Counted from the first letter of the stretch, positions 42,901 to 57,599 are shown. The stretch is 64,000 nucleotides of DNA from the human T2T-CHM13v2.0 reference genome, Homo sapiens (GCF_009914755.1 NC_060939.1); one strand, 5' to 3'. The notes: a model not told the origin generated them from the letters alone. A program made the numbers and translations.

Positions 42901-45900
42901 CCATTTGATTCCATTCCATTCTATTCCATTCCATCCAGTTGCATTCCATTGGATTCCATTCTATATCTATAAATTCAATTCGAGACCATTGCTTTTGAGT
43001 CCATTCTATATGATTCCATTCCATTCAAGTCCATTACATTTGGTTCAATTCCATTCCATTCCATTCCCTTCCATTCCATTCCATTTGATATCAATCCATT
43101 CGATTCCATTCCATTCGAGCACATTCAATTCGAGTCCATTCCATTCGATGCCATTCCATTTGATTCTATTCCATTAGTCTCCATTCAATTCCATTAATCT
43201 CCATTCCATTCCATTCTACTTCAACTGATTCCATTCCATTCTATTCCTTTCCATTCCATTTCATTCCATTCCATTCCATTTCATTCCATTCCATTCCATT
43301 CGTGTCCATTCCACTCCAGTCCATTCCATTCGTGTCCATTCCATTCCAGTCCATTCCATTTGTGTCCACTGCCTTCCATTCCACTCCATTCCATATTATT
43401 CCATTACACTCCATTCCATTCTATTACTTTCATTTCCATTCAATTCCATTCCATTTGATTCCATTCCACTCGGTTTCATTCCATTTGAGTCCACTCCATT
43501 CCATTCCATTCCATTCCATTCAGTTCCATTCTATTCTGTTCCATTCCATTCCGTTCCATTGCATTCCATTCCATTCGGTACTATTCCATATTGTTCCATT
43601 CGATTCCATTCGAATCCATTCCATTCCAGTCCATTCCATTCGATTCCATTCCATTCCTTTCCATTCCATTCCATTCCATTCCATTCCACTTGATTCCACT
43701 CCATTCCCTTCCACTGCATTCCATTCGATTCCATTCCATTGCATTGCATTCCATTCCATTGGATTGCATTCCATTCGATTCCATTCCATTCGAATCAATT
43801 ACATAGCAATCCATTACATTCGAGTCTATTCTATTCCGTTCCATTCGATTTCGTTCCAATCCATTCGATTCCATTCCATTCGATTCCATTCCATACTATT
43901 GCATTCCATTCGATTACATTATATTCAAATAAGTTCCATTCAAGACCATTTCTTTTGAGTCCATTCTATTTGAGTCCATTCCCTTTGATTCCATAACATT
44001 TGAGTCCATTCAATTCCATTCCTTTCGTTTCCATTCCATTTGATGCCATTCCATTCAATTCTGTTCTACTCGACTCCAATACATTCAATTCCATTCCATC
44101 CGATTCCATTACATTCTTTTCATTTCTTATCCATTTCAAGCCATTCCACTCCATTCCATTCCACTCGTTTCCTTTCCATTCGAGTCCATTCCTCTCCAGT
44201 CCATTCCGTTCAATCCATTCCATTCCAGTCCATTCCATTCGAGTCCGTTCCATTCCAGTCCATTCCATTCGAGTCAATTCCATCCCATTCGATGTCTTTC
44301 CATAACGATCCATTCCATTCTATTCCTTTCGATTCCATTCCATTCTATTTCATTCCATTCGATTCCCTTCCATTGGACTCCTTTCCATTCGAGTGCATTC
44401 CATTCCGTTCCATTTCTTTCCGTTCTGTACGATTCCTACCGTTCGATTTCATTTTCTTCCAGTCCATTCCTTTCGCGTCCATTCCATTCCATTTCACTCC
44501 ATTCGATTCCATTCCACTCGATTCCACTTCGTTCCATTTCATTGCATTCCATTCTATTCAACTCTATTGCCTTCCATTACATTCCATTCGATTACATTCC
44601 ATGCGATTCCATTCGAAATCGAATCAATTACATTGCAATCCATTACTATTGAGTCCGTTTTATTCCAGTCCACTGCATTCTGGTCCATTCCATTTGATTC
44701 CATTCCATTCTACTCCATTCCATACAGTTGCATTCCATTGGATTCCATGCTATATCTATAAATTCAATTCGAGACCATTGCTTTTGAGTCCATTCTATAT
44801 GATTCCATTCCATTCAAGTCCATTACATTTGGTTCAATTCCATTCCATTCCATTCCCTTCCATTCCATTCCAGTTGATATCAATCCATTCGATTCCATTC
44901 CATTCGAGCACATTCCATTCGAGTCCATTCCATTCGATGCCATTCCATTTGATTCTATTCCATTAGTCTCCATTCAATTCCATTAATCTCCATTCCATTC
45001 CATTCTACTCCAACTGATTCCATTCCATTATACTCCTTTCCATTCCATTTCATTCCATTCCATTCCATTTCATTCCATTCCATTCCATTCGTGTCCATTC
45101 CACTCCAGTCCATTCCATTCGTGTCCATTCCATTCCAGTCCATTCCATTTGTGTCCCCTGCATTCCATTACACTCCATTCCATATTATTCCATTACACTC
45201 CATTCAATTCTATTACTTTCATTTCCATTCAATTCCATTCCATTTGATTCCATTCCACTCGGTTTCATTCCATTTGAGTCCACTCCATTCCATTCCATTC
45301 GATTCCATTCAGTTCCATTCCATTCTGTTCCATTCCATTCCGTTCCATTACATTCCATTCCATTCGGTTCCATTCCATATTGTTCCATTCGATTCCATTC
45401 GAATCCATTCCATTCCAGTCCATTCCATTCGATTCCATTCCATTCATTTCAATTCCATTCCATTCCATTCCATTACATTCCACTTGATTCCTCTCCATTC
45501 CCTTCCACTGCATTCCGTTCGATTCCATTCCATTGCATTGCATTCCATTCCATTGGATTGCATTCCATTCGATTCCATTCCATTCGAATCAATTACATAG
45601 CAATCCATTACATTCGAGTCTATTCTATTCCGTTCCATTCGATTTCGTTCCAATCCATTCGATTCCATTCCATTCGATTCCATTCCATACTATTGCATTC
45701 CATTCGATTACATTATATTCGAATAAGTTCCATTCAAGACCATTTCTTTTGAGTCCATTCTATTTGAGTCCATTCCCTTTGATTCCATAACATTTGAGTC
45801 CATTCAATTCCATTCCTTTCGTTTCCATTCCATTTGATGCCATTCCATTCAATTCTGTTCTACTCGACTCCAATACATTCAATTCCATTCCATCCGATTC

Positions 45901-47885
45901 CATTACATTCTTTTCATTTCTTATCCATTTCAAGCCATTCCACTCCATTCCATTCCACTCGTTTCCTTTCCATTCGAGTCCATTCCTCTCCAGTCCATTC
46001 CGTTCAATCCATTCCATTCCAGTCCATTCCATTCGAGTCCGTTCCATTCCAGTCCATTCCATTCGAGTCAATTCCATCCCATTCGATGTCTTTCCATAAC
46101 GATCCATTCCATTCTATTCCTTTCGATTCCATTCCATTCTATTTCATTCCATTCGATTCCCTTCCATTGGACTCCTTTCCATTCGAGTGCATTCCATTCC
46201 ATTCCATTTCTTTCCGTTCTGTACGATTCCTACCGTTCGATTTCATTTTGTTCCAGTCCATTCCTTTCGCGTCCATTCCATTCCATTTCACTCCATTCGA
46301 TTCCATTCCACTCGATTCCACTTCGTTCCATCTCATTGCATTCCATTCTATTCAACTCTATTGCCTTCCATTCCATTCCATTCGATTACATTCCATGCGA
46401 TTCCATTCGAAATCGAATCAATTACATTGCAATCCATTACTATTGAGTCCATTTTATTCCAGTCCACTGCATTCTGGTCCATTCCATTTGATTCCATTCC
46501 ATTCTATTCCATTCCATACAGTTGCATTCCATTGGATTCCATTCTATATCTATAAATTCAATTCGAGACCATTGCTTTTGAGTCCATTCTATATGATTCC
46601 ATTCCATTCAAGTCCATTACATTTGGTTCAATTCCATTCCATTCCATTCCCTTCCATTCCATTCCAGTTGATATCAATCCATTCGATTCCATTCCATTCG
46701 AGCACATTCCATTCGAGTCCATTCCATTCGATGCCATTCCATTTGATTCTATTCCATTAGTCTCCATTCAATTCCATTAATCTCCATTCCATTCCATTCT
46801 ACTCCAACTGATTCCCTTCCATTCTATTCCTTTCCATTCCATTTCATTCCATTCCATTCCATTCGCTTACATTCCATTCGTTTCCATTCCACTCCAGTCC
46901 ATTCCATTCGTGTCCATTCCATTCCAGTCCATTCCATTTGTGTCCACTGCATTCCATTCCACTCCATTCCATATTATTCCATTACACTCCATTCCATTCT
47001 ATTACTTTCATTTCCATTCAATTCCATTCCATTTGATTCCATTCCACTCGGTTTCATTCCATTTGAGTCCACTCCATTCCATTCCATTCCATTCCATTCC
47101 ATTCAGTTCCATTCCATTCTCTTCCGTTCCATTCCATTCTGTTCCATTCCATTCCGTTCCATTGCATTCCATTCCATTCGGTACCATTCCATATTGTTCC
47201 ATTCGATTCCATTCGAATCCATTCCATTCCAGTCCATTCCATTCGATTCCATTCCATTCCTTTCAATTCCATTCCATTCCATTCCATTCCACTTGATTCC
47301 ACTCCATTCCCTTCCACTGCATTCCATTCGATTCCATTCCATTGCATTTCATTCCATTCCATTGGACTGCATTCCATTCGATTCCATTCCATTCGAATCA
47401 ATTACATAGCAATCCATTACATTCGAGTCTATTCTATTCCGTTCCATTCGATTTCGTTCCAATCCATTCGATTCCACTCCATTCGATTCCATTCCATACT
47501 ATTGCATTCCATTCTATTACATTATATTCGAATAAGTTCCATTCAAGACCATTTCTTTTGAGTCCATTCTATTTGAGTCCATTCCCTTTGATTCCATAAC
47601 ATTTGAGTCCATTCAATTCCATTCCTTTCGTTTCCATTCCATTTGATGCCATTCCATTCAATTCTGTTCTACTCGACTCCAATACATTCAATTCCATTCC
47701 ATCCGATTCCATTACATTCTTTTCATTTCTTATCCATTTCAAGCCATTCCACTCCACTCCATTCCACTCGTTTCCTTTCCATTCGAGTCCATTCCTCTCC
47801 AGTCCATTCCGTTCAATCCATTCCATTCCAGTCCATTCCATTCGAGTCCGTTCCATTCCAGTCCATTCCATTCGAGTCAATTCCA
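36976..47885 (+). repeat. Recent tandem duplication of 3 monomers, period 5391 bp (1788+1794+1809)
   Basis: Landmarks repeat at +5391 (37911/43302, 38609/44000, 39700/45091, 40403/45794, 41519/46910). Shared private variants include a 1-bp deletion 'ccattctttcgcg', ggtact, ggttcc, 'tgtcccctgc' and 'cgcttacatt'. Confidence 0.92.
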
Positions 47886-49049
47886 TCCCATTCGATATCT
47901 TTCCATAACGATCCATTCCATTCTATTCCTTTCGATTCCATTCCATTCTATTTCATTCCATTCGATTCCCTTCCATTGGACTCCTTTCCATTCGAGTGCA
48001 TTCCATTCCGTTCCATTTCTTTCCGTTCTGTACGATTCCTACCGTTCGATTTCATTTTGTTCCAGTCCATTCCTTTCGCGTCCATTCCATTCCATTTCAC
48101 TCCATTCGATTCCATTCCACTCGATTCCACTTCGTTCCATTTCATTGCATTCCATTCTATTCAACTCTATTGCCTTCCATTCCATTCCATTCGATTACAT
48201 TCCATGCGATTCCATTCGAAATCGAATCAATTAAATTGCAATCCATTACTATTCAGTCCGTTTTATTCCAGTCCACTGCATTCTGGTCCATTCCATTTGA
48301 TTCCATTCCATTTTATTCCATTCCATACAGTTGCATTCCATTGGATTCCATGCTATATCTATAAATTCAATTCGAGACCATTGCTTTTGAGTCCATTCTA
48401 TATGTTTCCATTCCATTCAAGTCCATTACATTTGGTTCAATTCCATTCCATTCCATTCCCTTCCATTCCATTCCAGTTGATATCAATCCATTCGATTCCA
48501 TTCCATTCGAGCACATTCCATTCGAGTCCATTCCATTCGATGCCATTCCATTTGATTCTATTCCATTAGTCTCCATTCAATTCCATTAATCTCCATTCCA
48601 TTCCATTCTACTCCAACTGATTCCATTCCATTCTATTCCTTTCCATTCCATTTCATTCCATTCCATTCCATTTCATTCCATTCCATTCCATTCGTGTCCC
48701 TTCCACTCCAGTCCATTCCATTCGTGTCCATTCCATTCCAGTCCATTCCGTTTGTGTCCACTGCATTCCATTCCACTCCATTCCATATTATTCCATTACA
48801 CTCCATTCCATTCTATTACTTTCATTTCCATTCAATTCCATTCCATTTGATTCCATTCCACTCGGTTTCATTCCATTTGAGTCCACTCCATTCCATTCCA
48901 TTCCATTCCATTCAGTTCCATTCCATTCTGTTCCATTCCATTCCGTTCCATTACATTCCATTCCATTCGGTACCATTCCATATTGTACCATTCCATATTG
49001 TTCCATTCGATTCCATTCGAATCCATTCCATTCCAGTCCATTCCATTCG

Positions 49050-52000
49050 ATTCCATTCCATTCATTTCAATTCCATTCCATTCCATTCCATTCCATTCCA
49101 CTTGATTCCTCTCCATTCCCTTCCACTGCATTCCGTTCGATTCCATTCCATTGCATTGCATTCCATTCCATTGGATTGCATTCCACTCGATTCCATTCCA
49201 TTCGAATCAATTACATAGCAATCCATTACATTCGAGTCTATTCTATTCCGTTCCATTCGATTTCGTTCCAATCCATTCGATTCCATTCCATTCGATTCCA
49301 TTCCATACTATTGCATTCCATTCGATTACATTATATTCGAATAAGTTCCATTCAAGACCATTTCTTTTGAGTCCATTCTATTTGAGTCCATTCCCTTTGA
49401 TTCCATAACATTTGAGTCCATTCAATTCCATTCCTTTCGTTTCCATTCCATTTGATGCCATTCCATTCAATTCTGTTCTACTCGACTCCAATACATTCAA
49501 TTCCATTCCATCCGATTCCATTACATTCTTTTCATTTCTTATCCATTTCAAGCCATTCCACTCCATTCCATTCCACTCGTTTCCTTTCCATTCGAGTCCA
49601 TTCCTCTCCAGTCCATTCCGTTCAATCCATTCCATTCCAGTCCATTCCATTCGAGTCCGTTCCATTCCAGTCCATTCCATTCGAGTCAATTCCATCCCAT
49701 TCGATGTCTTTCCATAACGATCCATTCCATTCTATTCCTTTCGATTCCATTCCATTCTATTTCATTCCATTCGATTCCCTTCCATTGGACTCCTTTCCAT
49801 TCGAGTGCATTCCATTCCGTTCCATTTCTTTCCGTTCTGTACGATTCCTACCGTTCGATTTCATTTTGTTCCAGTCCATTCCTTTCGCGTCCATTCCATT
49901 CCATTTCACTCCATTCGATTCCATTCCATTTCACTCCATTCGATTCCATTCCACTCGATTCCACTTCGTTCCATTTCTTTGCATTCCATTCTATTCAACT
50001 CTATTGCCTTCCATTCCCTTCCATTCGATTACATTCCATGCGATTCCATTCGAAATCGAATCAATTACATTGCAATCCATTACTATTGAGTCCGTTTTAT
50101 TCCAGTCCACTGCATTCTGGTCCATTCCATTTGATTCCATTCCATTCTATTCCATTCCATACAGTTGCATTCCATCGGATTCCATTCTATATCTATAAAT
50201 TCAATTCGAGACCATTGCTTTTGAGTCCATTCTATATGATTCCATTCCATTCAAGTCCATTACATTTGGTTCAATTCCATTCCATTTCATTCCCCTCAAT
50301 TCCATTCCATTTGATATCAATCCATTCGATTCCATTCCATTCGAGCACATTCCATTCGAGTCCATTCCATTCGATGCCATTCCATTTGATTCTATTCCAT
50401 TAGTCTCCATTCAATTCCAATAATCTCCATTCCATTCCATTCTACTCCAACTGATTCCATTCCATTCTATTCCTTTCCATTCCATTTCATTCCATTCCAT
50501 TCCATTTCATTCCATTCCATTCCATTCCCTTCATTCCATTCGTGTCCATTCCACTCCAGTCCATTCCATTCGTGTCCATTCCATTCCAGTCCATTCCATT
50601 TGTGTCCACTGCATTCCATTCCACTCCATTCCATATTATTCCATTACACTCTCTTCCATTCTATTACTTTCATTTCCATTCAATTCCATTCCATTTGATT
50701 CCATTCCACTCGGTTTCATTCCATTTGAGTCCACTCCATTCCATTCCATTCCATTCCATTCAGTTCCATTCCATTCTGTTCCATTCCATTCCGTTCCATT
50801 ACATTCCATTCCATTCGGTACCATTCCATATTGTTCCATTCGATTCCATTCGAATCCATTCCATTCCAGTCCATTCCATTCGATTCCATTCCATTCATTT
50901 CAATTCCATTCCATTCCATTCCATTCCATTCCACTTGATTCCTCTCCATTCCCTTCCACTGCATTCCGTTCGATTCCATTCCATTGCATTGCATTCCATT
51001 CCATTGGATTGCATTCCACTCGATTCCATTCCATTCGAATCAATTACATAGCAATCCATTACATTCGAGTCTATTCTATTCCGTTCCATTCGATTTCGTT
51101 CCAATCCATTCGATTCCATTCCATTCGATTCCATTCCATACTATTGCATTCCATTCGATTACATTATATTCGAATAAGTTCCATTCAAGACCATTTCTTT
51201 TGAGTCCATTCTATTTGAGTCCATTCCCTTTGATTCCATAACATTTGAGTCCATTCAATTCCATTCCTTTCGTTTCCATTCCATTTGATGCCATTCCATT
51301 CAATTCTGTTCTACTCGACTCCAATACATTCAATTCCATTCCATCCGATTCCATTACATTCTTTTCATTTCTTATCCATTTCAAGCCATTCCACTCCATT
51401 CCATTCCACTCGTTTCCTTTCCATTCGAGTCCATTCCTCTCCAGTCCATTCCGTTCAATCCATTCCATTCCAGTCCATTCCATTCGAGTCCGTTCCATTC
51501 CAGTCCATTCCATTCGAGTCAATTCCATCCCATTCGATGTCTTTCCATAACGATCCATTCCATTCTATTCCTTTCGATTCCATTCCATTCTATTTCATTC
51601 CATTCGATTCCCTTCCATTGGACTCCTTTCCATTCGAGTGCATTCCATTCCGTTCCATTTCTTTCCGTTCTGTACGATTCCTACCGTTCGATTTCATTTT
51701 GTTCCAGTCCATTCCTTTCGCGTCCATTCCATTCCATTTCACTCCATTCGATTCCATTCCATTTCACTCCATTCGATTCCATTCCACTCGATTCCACTTC
51801 GTTCCATTTCTTAGCATTCCATTCTATTCAACTCTATTGCCTTCCATTCCCTTCCATTCGATTACATTCCATGCGATTCCATTCGAAATCGAATCAATTA
51901 CATTGCAATCCATTACTATTGAGTCCGTTTTATTCCAGTCCACTGCATTCTGGTCCATTCCATTTGATTCCATTCCATTCTATTCCATTCCATACAGTTG

Positions 52001-54900
52001 CATTCCATTGGATTCCATTCTATATCTATAAATTCAATTCGAGACCATTGCTTTTGAGTCCATTCTATATGATTCCATTCCATTCAAGTCCATTACATTT
52101 GGTTCAATTCCATTCCATTTCATTCCCCTCAATTCCATTCCATTTGATATCAATCCATTCGATTCCATTCCATTCGAGCACATTCCATTCGAGTCCATTC
52201 CATTCGATGCCATTCCATTTGATTCTATTCCATTAGTCTCCATTCAATTCCATTAATCTCCATTCCATTCCATTCTACTCCAACTGATTCCATTCCATTC
52301 TATTCCTTTCCATTCCATTTCATTCCATTCCATTCCATTTCATTCCATTCCATTCCATTCCCTTCATTCCATTCGTGTCCATTCCACTCCAGTCCATTCC
52401 ATTCGTGTCCATTCCATTCCAGTCCATTCCATTTGTGTCCACTGCATTCCATTCCACTCCATTCCATATTATTCCATTACACTCTCTTCCATTCTATTAC
52501 TTTCATTTCCATTCAATTCCATTCCATTTGATTCCATTCCACTCGGTTTCATTCCATTTGAGTCCACTCCATTCCATTCCATTCCATTCCATTCAGTTCC
52601 ATTCCATTCTGTTCCATTCCATTCCGTTCCATTACATTCCATTCCATTCGGTACCATTCCATATTGTTCCATTCGATTCCATTCGAATCCATTCCATTCC
52701 AGTCCATTCCATTCGATTCCATTCCATTCATTTCAATTCCATTCCATTCCATTCCATTCCATTCCACTTGATTCCTCTCCATTCCCTTCCACTGCATTCC
52801 GTTCGATTCCATTCCATTGCATTGCATTCCATTCCATTGGATTGCATTCCACTCGATTCCATTCCATTCGAATCAATTACATAGCAATCCATTACATTCG
52901 AGTCTATTCTATTCCGTTCCATTCGATTTCGTTCCAATCCATTCGATTCCATTCCATTCGATTCCATTCCATACTATTGCATTCCATTCGATTACATTAT
53001 ATTCGAATAAGTTCCATTCAAGACCATTTCTTTTGAGTCCATTCTATTTGAGTCCATTCCCTTTGATTCCATAACATTTGAGTCCATTCAATTCCATTCC
53101 TTTCGTTTCCATTCCATTTGATGCCATTCCATTCAATTCTGTTCTACTCGACTCCAATACATTCAATTCCATTCCATCCGATTCCATTACATTCTTTTCA
53201 TTTCTTATCCATTTCAAGCCATTCCACTCCATTCCATTCCACTCGTTTCCTTTCCATTCGAGTCCATTCCTCTCCAGTCCATTGCGTTCAATCCATTCCA
53301 TTCCAGTCCATTCCATTCGAGTCCGTTCCATTCCAGTCCATTCCATTCGAGTCAATTCCATCCCATTCGATGTCTTTCCATAACGATCCATTCCATTCTA
53401 TTCCTTTCGATTCCATTCCATTCTATTTCATTCCATTCGATTCCCTTCCATTGGACTCCTTTCCATTCGAGTGCATTCCATTCCATTCCATTTCTTTCCG
53501 TTCTGTACGATTCCTACCGTTCGATTTCATTTTGTTCCAGTCCATTCCTTTCGCGTCCATTCCATTCCATTTCACTCCATTCGATTCCATTCCATTTCAC
53601 TCCATTCGATTCCATTCCATTTCACTCCATTCGATTCCATTCCACTCGATTCCACTTCGTTCCATTTCATTGCATTCCATTCTATTCAACTCTATTGCCT
53701 TCCATTCCATTCCATTCGATTACATTCCATGCGATTCCATTCGAAATCGAATCAATTACATTGCAATCCATTACTATTGAGTCCGTTTTATTCCAGTCCA
53801 CTGCATTCTGGTCCATTCCATTTGATTCCATTCCATTCTATTCCATTCCATACAGTTGCATTCCATTGGATTCCATTCTATATCTATAAATTCAATTCGA
53901 GACCATTGCTTTTGAGTCCATTCTATATGATTCCATTCCATTCAAGTCCATTACATTTGGTTCAATTCCATTCCATTTCATTCCCCTCAATTCCATTCCA
54001 TTTGATATCAATCCATTCGATTCCATTCCATTCGAGCACATTCCATTCGAGTCCATTCCATTCGATGCCATTCCATTTGATTCTATTCCATTAGTCTCCA
54101 TTCAATTCCATTAATCTCCATTCCATTCCATTCTACTCCAACTGATTCCATTCCATTCTATTCCTTTCCATTCCATTTCATTCCATTCCATTCCATTTCA
54201 TTCCATTCCATTCCATTCCCTTCATTCCATTCGTGTCCATTCCACTCCAGTCCATTCCATTCGTGTCCATTCCATTCCAGTCCATTCCATTTGTGTCCAC
54301 TGCATTCCATTCCACTCCATTCCATATTATTCCATTACACTCTCTTCCATTCTATTACTTTCATTTCCATTCAATTCCATTCCATTTGATTCCATTCCAC
54401 TCGGTTTCATTCCATTTGAGTCCACTCCATTCCATTCCATTCCATTCCATTCAGTTCCATTCCATTCTGTTCCATTCCATTCCGTTCCATTACATTCCAT
54501 TCCATTCGGTACCATTCCATATTGTTCCATTCGATTCCATTCGAATCCATTCCATTCCAGTCCATTCCATTCGATTCCATTCCATTCATTTCAATTCCAT
54601 TCCATTCCATTCCATTCCATTCCACTTGATTCCTCTCCATTCCCTTCCACTGCATTCCGTTCGATTCCATTCCATTGCATTGCATTCCATTCCATTGGAT
54701 TGCATTCCATTCGATTCCATTCCATTCGAATCAATTACATAGCAATCCATTACATTCGAGTCTATTCTATTCCGTTCCATTCGATTTCGTTCCAATCCAT
54801 TCGATTCCATTCCATTCGATTCCATTCCATACTATTGCATTCCATTCGATTACATTATATTCGAATAAGTTCCATTCAAGACCATTTCTTTTGAGTCCAT
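49050..54900 (+). repeat. Tandem run of elongated monomers (1833, 1833, 1858 bp)
   Basis: Landmarks fall at 49412, 51245, 53078 and 54936. The monomers share 'atttcattcccctcaatt', 'cccttcattcc' and 'acactctcttcc', and carry an internal 25-bp repeat in 2, 2 and 3 copies. Confidence 0.85.
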
Positions 54901-57599
54901 TCTATTTTAGTCCATTCCCTTTGATTCCATAACTTTTGAGTCCATTCAATTCCATTCCTTTCGTTTCCATTCCATTTGATGCCATTCCGTTCAATTCGGT
55001 TCTACTCGACTCCAATACATTCAATTCCATTCCATCCGATTCCATTACATTCTTTTCATTTCTTATCCATTTCAAGCCATTCCACTCCATTCCATTCCAC
55101 TCGTTTCCTTTCCATTCGAGTCCATTCCTCTCCAGTCCATTCCGTTCAATCCATTCCATTCCAGTCCATTCCATTCGAGTCCGTTCCATTCCAGTCCATT
55201 CCATTCGAGTCAATTCCATTCCATTCGATGTCTTTCCATAACGATCCATTCCATTCTATTCCTTTCGATTCCATTCCATTCTATTTCATTCCATTCGATT
55301 CCCTTCCATTGGACTCCTTTCCATTCGAGTGCATTCCATTCCTTTCCATTTCTTTCCGTTCTGTACGATTCCTACCGTTCGATTTCATTTTGTTCCAGTC
55401 CATTCCTTTCGCGTCCATTCCATTCCATTTCACTCCATTCGATTCCATTCCACTCGATTCCACTTCGTTCCATTTCATTTCATTCCATTCTATTCAACTC
55501 TATTGCCTTCCATTCCATTCCATTCGATTACATTCCATGCGATTCCATTCGAAATCGAATCAATTACATTGCAATCCATTACTATTGAGTCCGTTTTATT
55601 CCAGTCCACTGCATTCTGGTCCATTCCATTTGATTCCATTCCATTCTATTCCATTCCATACAGTTGCATTCCATTGGATTCCATGCTATATCTATAAATT
55701 CAATTCGAGACCATTGCTTTTGAGTCCATTCTATATGATTCCATTCCATTCAAGTCCATTACATTTGGTTCAATTCCATTCCATTCCATTCCCTTCCATT
55801 CCATTCCATTTGATATCAATCCATTCGATTCCATTCCATTCGAGCACATTCCATTCGAGTCCATTCCATTCGATGCCATTCCATTTGATTCTATTCCATT
55901 AGTCTCCATTCAATTCCATTAATCTCCATTCCATTCCATTCTACTCCAACTGATTCCATTCCATTCTATTCCTTTCCATTCCATTTCATTCCATTCCATT
56001 CCATTTCATTCCATTCCATTCCATTCGTGTCCATTCCACTCCAGTCCATTACATTCGTGTCCATTCCATTCCAGTCCATTCCATTTGTGTCCACTGCATT
56101 CCATTACACTCCATTCCATATTATTCCATTACACTCCATTCCATTCTATTACTTTCATTTCCATTCAATTCCATTCCATTTGATTCCATTCCACTCGGTT
56201 TCATTCCATTTGAGTCCACTCCATTCCATTCCATTCCATTCCATTCAGTTCCATTCCATTCTGTTCCATTCCATTTCGTTCCATTACATTCCATTCCATT
56301 CGGTACCATTCCATATTGTTCCATTCGATTCCATTCGAATCCATTCCATTCCAGTCCATTCCATTCGATTCCATTCCATTCATTTCAATTCCATTCCATT
56401 CCATTCCATTACATTCCACTTGATTCCTCTCCATTCCCTTCCACTGCATTCCGTTCGATTCCATTCCATTGCATTGCATTCCATTCCATTGGATTGCATT
56501 CCATTCGATTCCATTCCATTCGAATCAATTACATAGCAATCCATTACATTCGAGTCTATTCTATTCCGTTCCATTCGATTTCGTTCCAATCCATTCGATT
56601 CCATTCCATTCGATTCCATTCCATACTATTTCATTCCATTCGATTACATTATATTCGAATAAGTTCCATTCAAGACCATTTCTTTTGAGTCCATTCTATT
56701 TGAGTCCATTCCCTTTGATTCCATAACATTTGAGTCCATTCAATTCCATTCCTTTCGTTTCCATTCCATTTGATGCCATTCCATTCAATTCTGTTCTACT
56801 CGACTCCAATACACTCAATTCCATTCCATCCGATTCCATTACATTCTTTTCATTTCTTGTCCATTTCAAGCCATTCCACTCCATTCCATTCCACTCGTTT
56901 CCTTTCCATTCGAGTCCATTCCTCTCCAGTCCATTCCGTTCAATCCATTCCATTCCAGTCCATTCCATTCGAGTCCGTTCCATTCCAGTCCATTCCATTC
57001 GAGTCAATTCCATCCCATTCGATGTCTTTCCATAACGATCCATTCCATTCTATTAATTTCGATTCCATTCCATTCTATTTCATTCCATTCGATTCCCTTC
57101 CATTGGACTCCTTTCCATTCGAGTGCATTCCATTCCGTTCCATTTCTTTCCGTTCTGTACGATTCCTACCGTTCGATTTCATTTTGTTCCAGTCCATTCC
57201 TTTCGCGTCCATTCCATTCCATTTCACTCCATTCGATTCCATTCCACTCGATTCCACTCCGTTCCGTTTCATTGCATTCCATTCTATTCAACTCTATTGC
57301 CTTCCATTCCATTCCATTCGATTACATTCCATGCGATTCCATTCGAAATCGAATCAATTACATTGCAATCCATAACTATTGAGTCCATTTTATTCCAGTC
57401 CACTGCATTCTGGTCCATTCCATTTGATTCCATTCCATTCTATTCCATTCCATACAGTTGCATTCCATTGGATTCCATTCTATATCTATAAATTCAATTC
57501 GAGACCATTGCTTTTGAGTCCATTCTATATGATTCCATTCCATTCAAGTCCATTACATTTGGTTCAATTCCATTCCATTCCATTCCCTTCCATTCCATT

